Origin: an uncultured delta proteobacterium
GTDB lineage: Bacteria; Myxococcota_A; Polyangia; Fen-1088
Assembly: GCA_963796685.1 (NCBI GenBank)
Contig: CAWCMR010000022.1
Location: forward strand, 32,001 to 96,000
Length of the DNA: 64,000 nucleotides
Direction: 5' to 3'
Positions 1 to 10,738 of this stretch are shown one piece after another. Position 1 is the first letter of the stretch. Every line of letters starts with the position of its first letter. The position numbers and the translations under genes were made by a program. The notes beneath the pieces are model-generated. The model saw only the letters and a list, made by a program, of their open reading frames with translations. It ran no database searches and had not been told where the DNA came from.

Positions 1-115
1 GCGATCACGACGTGCATGCCGGCTTATCATACCCGGTAGACGTAGCGTGCGATATCGGCCAGGATAGCAGACCCCAGGTTGGCGCGGGCCATCCAATCAC
101 AGCGAGGCAGACACC

Positions 116-1288
116 ATGTTCAAGATTCAGACACTCAACAAGATCGCTTCCATCGGACTCGACGAGCTTCCGCGTGATTTCTTTGAAACCGCATCCGAGA
201 TCCTGAACCCCGACGGCATCTTGGTGCGTAGCGCGGACATGCACGCCCTCGATCTGCCCGCCTCGCTCAAGGGCATCGCCCGTGCCGGCGCCGGCGTGAA
301 CAACATTCCCATCGACAAGTGCTCCAAGCGCGGCATCGTCGTGTTCAACACCCCGGGCGCCAACGCCAACGGCGTCAAAGAGCTGGTCATCGCGGCCATG
401 CTGCTCGCCTCGCGCCGAATCGTCCCCGGCGTCGAGTGGACGCGCGCGCTCAAGGGCAAGGGCAAAGAGGTCGGCCCCTTGGTCGAGAAGGGAAAAAAGG
501 ACTTCATCGGTCCCGAAATCAAGGGCAAGAAGCTCGGCGTGGTAGGCCTGGGCGCCATCGGCGTCATGGTGGCCAACGATGCCCTGGCGCTGGGCATGGA
601 CGTGGTTGGTTACGATCCGTACATCTCGGTCGAAGCGGCCTGGGGTCTTGCCCGCACGGTTCGGCGCGCGACCAGTCTGGATCAGTTGCTGTCCCAATCC
701 GACTACATCACCCTGCATGTCCCGTTGGTGGATGCCACCAAGGGCATGCTCGGGCGCGAAAAATTCGCCATCATGAAGAAGGGCGTGCGCATCGTGAACC
801 TGGCGCGCGGCGGCCTGGTCAAGACCGTGGATGTCAAAGAGGCACTGGCCTCCGGCCAGGTGGGCTGCTACGTCACGGACTTTCCCGAGGACGATCTGCT
901 CGACGAGAAGAACGTCATCCCCATCCCGCACCTCGGCGCCTCTACCCCCGAGGCCGAGGACAACTGCGCGATCATGGCGGCGCGCCAGATGCGCGACTTC
1001 CTGCAGTTCGGCAACGTGAAGAATTCCGTGAATTTTCCGAGTTGCGAGATGCCCTACATGGGACGCCCTCGCCTCATCGTGGGCAACGCCAACGTACCCA
1101 ACATGGTCGGCCAGATCACCACCGTGCTGGCGGCGGACAAGATCAACATCATCGATATGATGAACAAGAGCGCCGGCGACCTTGCCTACAACATCATCGA
1201 CGTCGACGGCGAGGTCACCGCGTCGATGGTCGACAAGCTGCGCAAGATCGATGGCGTGACGATGGCGCGGCTGATCCCCAAGATGTAG
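116..1288 (+). CDS. serA: D-3-phosphoglycerate dehydrogenase with C-terminal ACT domain
   Basis: 390 aa; RAGAGVNNI, NTPGANA, GLGAIG Rossmann motif, NLARG, PHLGAST; C-terminal ACT-like NANVPNMVGQIT. Confidence 0.93.
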   Translation: MFKIQTLNKIASIGLDELPRDFFETASEILNPDGILVRSADMHALDLPASLKGIARAGAGVNNIPIDKCSKRGIVVFNTPGANANGVKELVIAAMLLASRRIVPGVEWTRALKGKGKEVGPLVEKGKKDFIGPEIKGKKLGVVGLGAIGVMVANDALALGMDVVGYDPYISVEAAWGLARTVRRATSLDQLLSQSDYITLHVPLVDATKGMLGREKFAIMKKGVRIVNLARGGLVKTVDVKEALASGQVGCYVTDFPEDDLLDEKNVIPIPHLGASTPEAEDNCAIMAARQMRDFLQFGNVKNSVNFPSCEMPYMGRPRLIVGNANVPNMVGQITTVLAADKINIIDMMNKSAGDLAYNIIDVDGEVTASMVDKLRKIDGVTMARLIPKM

Positions 1289-1449
1289 GGCCAGACCAGG
1301 CTCCAAACTGCTGGCTCTGCTCTCGTCGTGCGACATGCAGGCGGCTTGGCACCACCGCACGTAGGGCACCGTCGGTCCCTGCGATTCTCGCACATCTCCG
1401 GAAGCATCGGCAGGGTCCGGATCGGCATCCATCAAAGTGGAGCAGCCAA

Positions 1450-3562
1450 GTGTACACTTCGCCCGCGAGGTCATCCCGCAATATTTGGCGCGGCAAACTG
1501 CAGCTTGCCGCAGCGGCGGCTTGCCTTGCTTTCTTGCCGCCGGGCTGCGCTTCGCGATCGCAGTCGCAAGGCGACGGCGCCATCGCACCCGATGGCTCGC
1601 CCGTCGGCGGCCCCGATCTGGCCCCCGCCTTCGAGCCGGTCTCGCCATTTGCCTACGTAGCCAAGGTCAAGAACGTACTGGTCGGTTTGCCACCGACGGA
1701 CGACGAGGTCGCCCAAGTGATCGCGGATCCCACTCAGCTCAAATCCCTGCTCGCCGGTTGGATGCTGCTTCCGCAGTACACGCAGAAGATGAAGCGCTTC
1801 TTCGAGCTGGCCTTTCAGCAGACCCAGATCTCGACGGCAGATTTCGCCGATCAGGTCTATCCCGGGCAGATTGCCCTCAACGCGACCACGACGCCGTTGC
1901 TGTTGCAAAACATCGAGGAGAGCTTCGCGCGCACCATGCTCGAGCTTATCGCCGAGGGACGGCCGTTGACTGAAGGAGCTACCACGCAGCGTCTGATGCT
2001 GACCACCGCGCTCAAGAGAGCTCTACGCCTTCCTCGATGTCTGGCAGGTCGACGACGCCGGCAAGGTCACCGACCGCTTCAAGCAGTCCAACCCCAAGCT
2101 GTCTATCACGGTCGAGGCCGCCCAGGGTCCCATCCCGATCTCCGACACTCTGGATGCGAGCAGCCCGAGCTACATGCATTGGTACGATCCCGACGTGGCC
2201 GGAGAGGACGCGCAGGTTGCCGACTGCGTGCAGGACCCCGTCGTCTACCCGGCCAATGCGCAAGTCCTCCACTACCTGCTGTATGGCTCTCTCGACAACC
2301 GCAAGAGCGCCAGCGGAGCGGCTTGCCCGCAGTCGGGCGGCACTTCGGCGGCGCCTCAGCTCACGACAAGCGACTTCTCCGACTGGGCCATGGTCACCCT
2401 GCGTTCACCAGCAGCCGGGGAATCGACCACGCCGTTTTACGACTTGCCCACCCTGCGCTCGGCGAGCGAGCTGGTCCTGTCGATCCCCCGCGTGGGCTTC
2501 TTTTCCACCCCGGCGTTCTTCGCCAACTGGCAGACCAACATCAGCAATCAGATGCGCGTGACCATGAACCAGACGCTCATCGTGGCCCTTGGCGCATCCG
2601 TGGACGGATCCGATTTGACCGTGACGCCGGGCAATCCCCCGCCGGGCCTCGATGTCGCGCACGCCTCCTCACCCGACTGTCTTTATTGTCACCAGTCTCT
2701 GGATCCGACACGCTCGATTCTGGCCGCGACCTATTCCTGGAACTATCACGACCAGCTGGACCCCACCTACCAGGCAGAAAAGGGTCTGTTCGCCTTTCAA
2801 GGGATCGTCCAGCCGGTCGGCAGCATCGCCGATCTGGCCGGCACGCTGGCCCAGCACCCGCTGTTCGCCCAGGCCTGGGTGCAAAAGCTCTGTGCCTATG
2901 TCAACTCCGGAGCCTGCAGCAGCTCCGATCCGGAGTTCCAGCGCCTGGTCGGCTTGTTCCGGTCCACCGGCTATTCGTGGAACGCCCTGGTCACCGAGTT
3001 GCTGTCGTCGCCCCTGACCACACACGCCAGCGAGACGGTGACTTGGGATACTCAGGGTGAAGTTCTCGCGGTATCGCGACGCGATCACCTGTGCGCCGCG
3101 CTCAATGCGCGCCTGGGCTTCGTCGACGTGTGCGGGCTCGATGCCACCACCAAGAAGCAGCAGCAGTCGAGCATCGTCCAGTTGGTTTCGGGCCTGCCTT
3201 CCGACGGCTATGGCCGCGGGGCCACCATGCCCGTGCTGCCCAACAACCCGACCCTGTTCTACCGCGCTGCCACCGAAAACCTGTGCGAGGCCATCGCTGC
3301 CGACGTCATCGACGTGCCGGGTGCGAAACGCATCGCCGGTGTCGCGGCATGGGCGAGCGGAAACCCCGACGCGGCCATCGCCGATTTCATCGCCACCGTC
3401 ATGGCTCTCGTGCCATCGGATCCGCGCTCGGCACCGGCCACCGCCTTGCTCAGGGGACACTACGACGCGGCTGTCGCGCAAGGGGCGAGCGCATCGGACG
3501 CGCTCAAATCGACCTTCGTCACCGCCTGCCTCGCCCCGTCGGCGGTTTCCATCGGATTGTGA
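1450..3562 (+). CDS. Lipoprotein of the DUF1585/DUF1588/DUF1549-like group with CxxCH motif (apparent +1 frameshift at ~2017)
   Basis: GTG start, signal and lipobox (LAFLPPGC). Removing one base at 2017 joins ...TTALK to ELYAFLDVWQ... and the 2174-3562 ORF (~703 aa). CLYCH motif; LAGTLAQHPLFAQAWVQKL segment; followed by DUF1501-like gene. Start position uncertain. Confidence 0.7.
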
Positions 3563-3570
3563 GAAGGCAC

Positions 3571-4881
3571 ATGATCACACGTCGACAGAGCTTGCAGGCG
3601 ACGCTGCTAGGGACCGGTTGGATCGGCCTGCGCGCGCTGGCGACCGGTTTGCCAATCTCGTTCCTGCTGGCCCCGAGGCGCGCCTTCGCGGGGGGCGCGG
3701 TGCCTGCATGTCCCAACCCGAAGGCGCAATACATCGTGTTCAACACCTCGGGCGCCGGGGATCCGATCAACGCGAACGTGCCCGGCACCTACGATGACCC
3801 CAAGATCGTTCACAGCACCGATCCGGCTCTCGCTCCGACGGCCTTGACCCTCTCCGGGCAAGCGACGACCGCGGCGGCGCCCTGGTCGACCTTGCCGCAG
3901 AACGTGCTCGACCGGACCTGCTTCTGGCACCTCATGACCAACACCCCGGTGCATCCGAAGCAACCCGACGTGCTCAAGTTGATGGGCGGAAGCAACGCTG
4001 GCGAAATGCTGCCTTCGCTGCTCGCCAAGCACCTGGCGCCTTGCCTCGGAACCATCCAGACCCAGCCCATCAGCCTCGGTGCGACCACGCCCTCGGAGGG
4101 GTTGACCTACGATGGCTCGCCTCTGCCGATCATTCCGGCGCTCGCGCTCAAGGCGACCTTGACCAGCCCGGCCGGTGCCCTGACCGACCTGCAGCCGTTG
4201 CGCGACCAAACCTTGGCCCAGCTCTACGATCTGTACAAGAACGGTGCGACCTCGGCACAGCGGGCCTTCATCGACTCCATGGTCACGTCGCAACAGCAGG
4301 TACGCAACATCAGCCAGGACCTGCTTTCCGCGCTCTCGTCGATCAAGGACAACAGTGCAGCCTCGCAGGTCTTGGCCGCAGTCACGCTGATCCAGATGAA
4401 GGTCACGCCGGTGGTAGCGGTTCACATCCCGTTCGGCGGCGACAACCACCGCGACATCGGGCTCGCTGGCGAAACCAGTCAAACCGTCTCGGGCGTCGCG
4501 ACCATCGCGTCGCTCATGCAACAGCTGTCCTCGGCGGGGCTGTCGGACGGCGTGACCCTGATGTCCCTCAACGTGTTCGGCCGCACCATCGGGCCCAGCA
4601 ACACCGACGGCCGGCAGCACAACCCGAACCACCAGGTCTCGCTCACCATCGGAAAGCCGTTTCGCGGTGGCATCGTCGGGGCGGTTGCTCCGGTGCAGGG
4701 GGACTATGGAGCGACTGCGATCGACTCGAAGACGGGGCGCGGCGGCCCTGGCGGCGACGTTAGCGCGCTCGACTCGCTCGTCGCGTTCGGGTCCACCATG
4801 CTCGCTGCCGTCGGCGTGGATGCGGCAGCGATTGCCAAGGACATCCCCTCCGGCCAGGTAATCGCGGGGGCTCTGCTGTAG
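3571..4881 (+). CDS. Tat-exported DUF1501-family protein
   Basis: MITRRQSL twin-arginine signal; FGGDNH, VFGRT, GRQHNP, FRGGIVG motifs resemble DUF1501; typical partner of the upstream gene. Confidence 0.72.
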   Translation: MITRRQSLQATLLGTGWIGLRALATGLPISFLLAPRRAFAGGAVPACPNPKAQYIVFNTSGAGDPINANVPGTYDDPKIVHSTDPALAPTALTLSGQATTAAAPWSTLPQNVLDRTCFWHLMTNTPVHPKQPDVLKLMGGSNAGEMLPSLLAKHLAPCLGTIQTQPISLGATTPSEGLTYDGSPLPIIPALALKATLTSPAGALTDLQPLRDQTLAQLYDLYKNGATSAQRAFIDSMVTSQQQVRNISQDLLSALSSIKDNSAASQVLAAVTLIQMKVTPVVAVHIPFGGDNHRDIGLAGETSQTVSGVATIASLMQQLSSAGLSDGVTLMSLNVFGRTIGPSNTDGRQHNPNHQVSLTIGKPFRGGIVGAVAPVQGDYGATAIDSKTGRGGPGGDVSALDSLVAFGSTMLAAVGVDAAAIAKDIPSGQVIAGALL

Positions 4882-4945
4882 CCCCGCGGAATTCTTGGCG
4901 GTTGCCCTCGGATTCAGGGCCGGCGCAAACGCCGCGCGACAGGAG

Positions 4946-6112
4946 CTACACGACGATGCGCTCGCAGTTGGCCGCGAGGGCCTCGGCTTCCTTGACCACG
5001 TCGAGCTTGGCCTCGGCGGCTTCCACGTCGGCCAGTCTGGCCGCGGTGGCGGGGTGCGTGGGAATGAAGAGCGAGCAGCAGTCCTCATAAGGCAGAGACG
5101 ACGTGTCGTAGGTCCCGATCTGCCGCGCCAGCGCGACGGTCTCCATCTTGTCGTAGGTCAGCAGCGGACGCAGCACGATGTGGCGGGCGGCGTTCTCGAT
5201 GTTGGCCATGTTGATCAGGGTTTGACTTGCCACCTGGCCCAGGTTCTCGCCGGTCACGATGGCATCGGCGCGGGCTCGCTTGCACAAGAGGTCGGCCACG
5301 CGGACCATCATGCGCCGGTACAGCACCACCGCCAGCTCGGCCGGGCCGGCCTCACGCAGTCGCTGCTGCGTCTCGGTGAAATGGGCCACGTGCAGGGTCG
5401 TGGCCACTTGCCAGCGCGAGAGAATTCGCAGCAGCGCGACGACCTTGTCCTTGGAGCGCTCGCCGGTGAAGGGCGGTGAGTGAAACGTAAGCGCTTCCAG
5501 GGCCAACCCGCGCTTGGCCGCCAACCAGCCCGCCACGGGCGAGTCGATGCCGCCCGAGAGCAAGAGCAGTCCGCGCCCCGACACGCCGACGGGGAGCCCG
5601 CCGGGTGCCCGGCGAATTTCGGCGAAGATGTAGACCGTGCTCTGCGCGACCTCGATGCCGATGCGCAAACTGGGCTTGTGCACGTCCACGCGCATGGAGA
5701 GGGCATCGATGATGGCGCCGCCGACATGGCAGTCGATGTCGTGCGAGCGCAGGGGAAACTTCTTGTTCGAGCGGCGGGTCTCGACCTTGAAGCTGCGGCC
5801 GAGGTCGGGGTTTCGCGCGATGGCCGCCTTGGCCTCGCTGACCGCGGTGGCGGTGATGGCTTCGAGGTTGGGCTCGGCCTCGGCGCCAGCCGAGACCGAA
5901 ACCAGACCGAAGACGCGTTCCAGTCGGGAGCACGCATCTTCGCGCAATTCGTCGGGCACGCGCACCAGGATGCGGCCATAGGGGGTCGAGACTTTTGCGT
6001 CGGGCAGGTCGCGCACGGCCCGGCGCACGTTGTCGGACATGGCGCGCAGGAAGAACCCCCGGTTGCCCCCCTTGAGGAAGAGCTCACCGAAGCGGCAAAG
6101 AATGGAGATCAT
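4946..6112 (-). CDS. thiI: tRNA 4-thiouridine synthase ThiI (short form without rhodanese domain)
   Basis: ELFLKGGNR, THUMP region, GGLPVG, PP-loop LLSGGIDSPVA, GENLGQVASQT, EDCC; ATGA overlap with iscS stop. Confidence 0.93.
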   Translation of the reverse strand: MISILCRFGELFLKGGNRGFFLRAMSDNVRRAVRDLPDAKVSTPYGRILVRVPDELREDACSRLERVFGLVSVSAGAEAEPNLEAITATAVSEAKAAIARNPDLGRSFKVETRRSNKKFPLRSHDIDCHVGGAIIDALSMRVDVHKPSLRIGIEVAQSTVYIFAEIRRAPGGLPVGVSGRGLLLLSGGIDSPVAGWLAAKRGLALEALTFHSPPFTGERSKDKVVALLRILSRWQVATTLHVAHFTETQQRLREAGPAELAVVLYRRMMVRVADLLCKRARADAIVTGENLGQVASQTLINMANIENAARHIVLRPLLTYDKMETVALARQIGTYDTSSLPYEDCCSLFIPTHPATAARLADVEAAEAKLDVVKEAEALAANCERIVV

Positions 6113-7269
6113 CGATCTCGATTTACCACTTGATGGACTACTTTTGCGACCTCGGCGATCGCTTGAGCGAGGGCGTGCGCCGCTGGTTCGACGTCCTCGG
6201 TCATGGACAGCCGCGAGAGCGAGAAGCGCAGGGCTCCGGTGGTAGGGGCAATTCCTAGCGCACGCAGAACGCGACTTTGCTCCCGCGCGTGCGACGAGCA
6301 GGCCGCGCCCTCGGAAGCGAAGACGCCGCGCGCTTCCAGCGCGTGCAGGACCGGCTCGGCGGGGAAACCGGGCAGAAGGATGCTGGCGATGTGAGGCGCC
6401 CGGGGCACGGGCAGGGGCACCGCCGGCCTGGCCTGCGGAACCGCGGCGAAAATGAGATTCTCCAGGCGGTCGCGCAGCGCGCGCACGCGGGTCGCGGCCC
6501 CGACCTCCTTGCGCGCCTGTGCCGCCGCCACGCCGAACCCGACGGCCGCAGGCAGATTCTCGGTGCCCGAGCGCAGGTCGCGTTCTTGTCCGCCGCCGCC
6601 GTAGAGCGGGGCCAGCCGCTTGCCCTTGCGCAGCCAGAGCGCTCCGATGCCCTTGGGGCCATGCAACTTGTGGGCGGAGATGGCGATGGAGTCGGCGCCC
6701 TTGGTGCGCACGTCGAGCGGCTCGAGCCCGGCGAACTGGACCGCGTCGACGTGAAAATGAATCTTGCGCCCGAGGCCGCGCAGGGCGCGGCCGATGTCCG
6801 CCACCGGTTGCAAGGTACCGATCTCGTTGTTGACCAGCATGACGGCGACCACCGAGGTCTCGGGTCTGACCGCCGCCAGCACGGCGTCCGGCGTGACGCA
6901 TCCATCCGACCCGGGCGAGACCGTATCGATCTGCCAGCCCTCGTCGGCAAGCAGGCGCGCGGAATTGAACACGGCCGCGTGCTCGATCGCACTGACCACG
7001 AGGTGGCGCGCTCGGGAGGCCCGCGTCGCGCCGACCACACCGAGAGCGTTGGCCTCGGTGCCACTGCCGGTGAAGATGAGCTCCTCGGGCTCGGCGTGCA
7101 TCAGCGCAGCGACCTCCTCGCGTGCCGAGGCCAGCGCCCTGGCCGCTGCCGCGCCCAGCCCATGCAAGGAAGACGGATTGGCGAAGTGCTCGCGCATGGC
7201 GCGGCTCACCGCCTCGATGACTTCGGGCGAGGGCTGGGTGGACGCAGCGTTGTCGAGGTAGATGGCCAT
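6109..7269 (-). CDS. iscS: Cysteine desulfurase (IscS/NifS class I)
   Basis: YLDNAAST, ANPSSLH, HVDAVQ, PLP lysine SAHKLHGPKG, RSGTEN, catalytic GAACSS. Confidence 0.9.
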   Translation of the reverse strand: MAIYLDNAASTQPSPEVIEAVSRAMREHFANPSSLHGLGAAAARALASAREEVAALMHAEPEELIFTGSGTEANALGVVGATRASRARHLVVSAIEHAAVFNSARLLADEGWQIDTVSPGSDGCVTPDAVLAAVRPETSVVAVMLVNNEIGTLQPVADIGRALRGLGRKIHFHVDAVQFAGLEPLDVRTKGADSIAISAHKLHGPKGIGALWLRKGKRLAPLYGGGGQERDLRSGTENLPAAVGFGVAAAQARKEVGAATRVRALRDRLENLIFAAVPQARPAVPLPVPRAPHIASILLPGFPAEPVLHALEARGVFASEGAACSSHAREQSRVLRALGIAPTTGALRFSLSRLSMTEDVEPAAHALAQAIAEVAKVVHQVVNRDR

Positions 7270-7343
7270 TCTTTGCAAGTGGCAGCATACCCTCGACACC
7301 GCGGAGCTGCACCCCGAACGGATGGCGGCCTTCGGACGCGCTC

Positions 7344-8537
7344 TTAGACCGGCAGTGCTTGCAGGGCCGCGACCACGTGCTCCTGTTCCATCTCCGTCAT
7401 ACCGTGGAAAAGCGGGATCATGATGGTCCGGTCGCGCGCCTCTTCCGAATGGCGCAGGCGCAGGCAACTGCCGTGGAGGTGGAGCTCGGAGCTGCACGGC
7501 TCGGGGCCGCAGGACCAGGGGGTGCTCCTATAGGCGGGCTCCATGTGCGCGTTGCCCACGCCCCGGCGGGTGGCCACGCCGCGATCGAGCAGGTGCTGCA
7601 TGATCTCCACCTGCGATAGACGAGCGCCGGCACGGATTCGCAAGGGGTAGCTCTGGAAATTGGCCCGCATCCATGGCAGCTCGCGCGGGGGCACGAGGAG
7701 GGAATGGTCGTCGAGGGCAGCGCGGTAGCGTTCGGCGAGCGCCCGCCGGGTGGCGATGGTCTGTCGCAGGCGCCCGAGCTGGGTGCGTCCCATGGCCGCC
7801 TGCAGGTCGGTCATGCGGAAGTTGTAGGCCGGTTCGCCGAAGGATTCGAAGACCACGCGCTGGCTGTCGTGACGGAGGGTGCTCGACACCGACATGGCGT
7901 GCTGGCGAAGTTGGCGCAGGCGAGTAGCCAGCGATTCGTCGGCGGTCGTGATCATGCCGCCGTCGCCGGTGGTGATGACCTTGCGTGGGTGAAACGAGAA
8001 ACACGCGAGCAGGCCCTGTGGCCGGCCGATGGCTTGCCAGAGACCATTCACTTTCATCTCGCTGCCGATGGCGCATGCCGCGTCCTCGATGACCGGGATC
8101 CTGTGGCGGCCTGCGATGTCCAGGATGGCTGGCAGCTCGCACGGAAAGCCAAGTTGGTGCACGCACAGAATGGCACGTGTTTTCGGGGTCAACGCGGCTT
8201 CGAGCCGACTTGCATCCATGCCGTAGGTGGCGGGATCGATGTCCACGAAGATCGGGCGCGCGCCCACCGCGACCACGGCGTTCGCGGTGGCGATGAAGCT
8301 GTGGCTGACCGTAACCACGTCGTCGTCCAGGCCCACGCCCAGGGCGCGCAGACAGAGCTCGAGCGCGGCCGTGCAGCTCGACACCGCGATGGCGTGGGAC
8401 GCGCCGACGGCACTGGCCAGCTCGCTCTCGAACGCGGCGACCTCGGGGCCTTGCGCCACCCAGCCCGAGCGGATGACGGCGGCGACCGCCAAGGCCTCGG
8501 CCTCACCCAGGTCCGGACGCACGATGGGGATCTGCAT
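7344..8537 (-). CDS. DegT/DnrJ/EryC1/StrS sugar aminotransferase
   Basis: SSCTAAL, IEDAACAIG, SFHPRKVITTGDGG, YNFRMTDLQAAMG. Confidence 0.92.
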   Translation of the reverse strand: MQIPIVRPDLGEAEALAVAAVIRSGWVAQGPEVAAFESELASAVGASHAIAVSSCTAALELCLRALGVGLDDDVVTVSHSFIATANAVVAVGARPIFVDIDPATYGMDASRLEAALTPKTRAILCVHQLGFPCELPAILDIAGRHRIPVIEDAACAIGSEMKVNGLWQAIGRPQGLLACFSFHPRKVITTGDGGMITTADESLATRLRQLRQHAMSVSSTLRHDSQRVVFESFGEPAYNFRMTDLQAAMGRTQLGRLRQTIATRRALAERYRAALDDHSLLVPPRELPWMRANFQSYPLRIRAGARLSQVEIMQHLLDRGVATRRGVGNAHMEPAYRSTPWSCGPEPCSSELHLHGSCLRLRHSEEARDRTIMIPLFHGMTEMEQEHVVAALQALPV

Positions 8538-8621
8538 GCAACGAGGATCGCCCGCTGGGAGCGCGGGTTCAAGTTATTGCCGCATGACGGGAGTCAACCC
8601 ATTCGGTGCCCAAAGGCAAGC

Positions 8622-9131
8622 TCACGAAACCGGCACGGGCAGCTTCAACATGATGCCGCCTGTGAAGACGAGCCCCATTCCCATCACCGCCTGTACCCGG
8701 GCGAAGGGAAACAACGGCGACGCCCAAAGATGGGTGCCTCCGTGAACGTAGTTGGCCCACAGGGTCGCCTGGCCGCCGTAGCGAGGCACGTCGCCCGTAA
8801 CATCGATGACGAAACCTGGGTCGAGCCCCAGCAACACGTTGTGCACGCTTCCTCCGAGCACCACGGCGGGCTGCGCTTCGAAATAGAGACGGCCTGGCAC
8901 GAAACCCGCGGCAGCACCCAAGCCCCAGGTCCCCGAATATTGCGCCATCGCCACTTCGCCCCCAAAACGCATGGAGCCGTCCAGGCCGAGCTCGAAGCTC
9001 GGGCCCGGGGTGATGAAGCCAACGGGCCGCCTTGGGCTGCCCACCTCGGCTTGCGCCGGTAGGCCCACCAAGGTGAAGGCGGCCAGTGCCGCAAGCTCAA
9101 TTCCCACGGCCGTGCCGAGGGATTTACGCAT
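8622..9131 (-). CDS. Exported hypothetical protein, probable small outer-membrane beta-barrel
   Basis: Signal peptide ending AQA; amphipathic Gly/aromatic-rich beta segments; start chosen at MRKSLG. Confidence 0.55.
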   Translation of the reverse strand: MRKSLGTAVGIELAALAAFTLVGLPAQAEVGSPRRPVGFITPGPSFELGLDGSMRFGGEVAMAQYSGTWGLGAAAGFVPGRLYFEAQPAVVLGGSVHNVLLGLDPGFVIDVTGDVPRYGGQATLWANYVHGGTHLWASPLFPFARVQAVMGMGLVFTGGIMLKLPVPVS

Positions 9132-9343
9132 GGAGCGCCAGGGTTGCATGGGAAGCACCTCACCACTATGGACACCGCAAGCCGAATTTCCGCAACCAGA
9201 AAGGTTCTTTTGTAGCGTGCTGGCGCGACGATCGGCACCATCGTCGAATCTTCGCCCCTTGACGGTAATGCACATACGCTCATCATGCTCGTCATTCAGC
9301 TCGTGCCCGGCCGTGTGGAGCCGGGAGAACAAGGAGGAGGAAG

Positions 9344-9919
9344 ATGCGCATGACAATCAAAACTATGGGGCTTGCTGCGACCTTGTTGACAGGCGTTGTT
9401 TCACTCGCCCTGGCTCAGGGAGCGGGAGTCAATGCGTTTCGCGGGGCAGGAAGAGGTACCGTGGAGGTGAACGAGCCGGTTTCGAACCTGACATCGGAGC
9501 AGAAGACGAAGATCGCGGCCTTGCGTGCCGCAGCCATGGAGAAGGTCGCGCCTTTGCGGGCTGAGGTTCACGCCAAGATGCTCGAGATGCGGGAGCTTTG
9601 GTCGGTTGAGAAGCCGGACCGCAAGGCCATTGTCGGAAAGCAAGCCGAGATGGACGCGATCCACCAGAAGATGCAGGCAATCTGGACCGACTTCGGACTG
9701 GACGTGCACGCGCTGCTCACGCCCGCGCAGAGAGCCGAGTGGGCCCAGAGCATTCCTGGCCGCGGCTGGGGTATGGGCCCGGGCATGGCGGGCGGTGGCG
9801 GTCCCAGGGGCCGGCGCGGTGGCGGCGCCGGGCGTGGACCAGGTCGTGGCATGGGAATGGGGCCGGGCATGGACGGGTGTCCTTGCGGATATCCCATGTG
9901 TCCGATGAACCAACCCTAA
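9344..9919 (+). CDS. Spy/CpxP/ZraP-family periplasmic chaperone
   Basis: Strong RBS (aaggaggagg); signal peptide; two LTxxQ motifs (LTSEQ, LTPAQ); Gly/Met-rich tail. Confidence 0.85.
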   Translation: MRMTIKTMGLAATLLTGVVSLALAQGAGVNAFRGAGRGTVEVNEPVSNLTSEQKTKIAALRAAAMEKVAPLRAEVHAKMLEMRELWSVEKPDRKAIVGKQAEMDAIHQKMQAIWTDFGLDVHALLTPAQRAEWAQSIPGRGWGMGPGMAGGGGPRGRRGGGAGRGPGRGMGMGPGMDGCPCGYPMCPMNQP

Positions 9920-9955
9920 CGCGACACGCGCCCCTGCGTGCCCAGCGCTAAGAGC

Positions 9956-10738
9956 TCACGATGGCGCCACGGCCACCGGCTTCTCGTGGTCCGACTTGCC
10001 CGCTCCGCGCGCCAGCGTAAAGACGATGCCGGTGAAGGCGTAGAGGGCCACCACGGTGTAGCCCGTGGGCAGGTCGAGGAAGTACGAGGCGACGATGGCG
10101 ATGAGGTTGAGCACCGTCCCGAGCCCCCAGGCGAGCAGCAGCTTTGTCCGGAACGAGCCCTTCATGCTCGACACGATGAAGGCGGGCGCGACCAGGATGG
10201 AGAACACCACGAGAACGCCCGCGAGGTTCACCGAGCTTGTCACCGTGAGCGAGAAGGTGCCGAAGAACAGCAGCTCTCGCCACGTGCCATGCAAGCGTCG
10301 TAGGGCCAGCCAGAGGACCGCTCCGATGGCCGCGTAGAGGACAGCCGTCTTGAGCACTGCGTGCATGGGTACGAAGAGAATGTCTGCGGCCACCAGGTGC
10401 TGCATCTCCTCCGCCCCGCGTGGCGCGCGGGAGAGTGCAATCACGGCGGCGCTCATGCCGAACGCGTACAGGAGCCCGATGAAGGCCTCGTGGTGGCGCG
10501 TGCGCTTGGTCGACAGGGCGATGAGAAAGGCGCCCGCCAGCGAGAAGGCGAGCGACACCGGGTACATGTACTTGCCGTCGAAGACCAGGATGGCGATGGC
10601 GGCGCCGAACGCCGCCATTTGTCCGATGCCCAAATCGGTGAAGATGATCCCGCGCTCGATGATGTGCAGGCCATAGTACGAGTGAATGCCGAGCAGCACG
10701 ACGGACAGAAGAAAGGCGCTGAACAGAACGTCGATCAT
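9956..10738 (-). CDS. Zn/Mn ABC transporter permease (ZnuB-like)
   Basis: Highly hydrophobic; RGIIFTDLG, EAFIGLLY, AGVLVVFSILVAPA, DLPTG. Confidence 0.88.
   Translation of the reverse strand: MIDVLFSAFLLSVVLLGIHSYYGLHIIERGIIFTDLGIGQMAAFGAAIAILVFDGKYMYPVSLAFSLAGAFLIALSTKRTRHHEAFIGLLYAFGMSAAVIALSRAPRGAEEMQHLVAADILFVPMHAVLKTAVLYAAIGAVLWLALRRLHGTWRELLFFGTFSLTVTSSVNLAGVLVVFSILVAPAFIVSSMKGSFRTKLLLAWGLGTVLNLIAIVASYFLDLPTGYTVVALYAFTGIVFTLARGAGKSDHEKPVAVAPS

Noticed and set aside
5-3060. Long ORFs 5-1648(-) and the N-terminal part of 319-3060(+), and many similar Arg/Pro/Ala-rich shadow ORFs across the window
   Set aside because: Antisense or off-frame shadows of real genes in high-GC DNA; only the ~1450-2017 part of the 319 ORF is real
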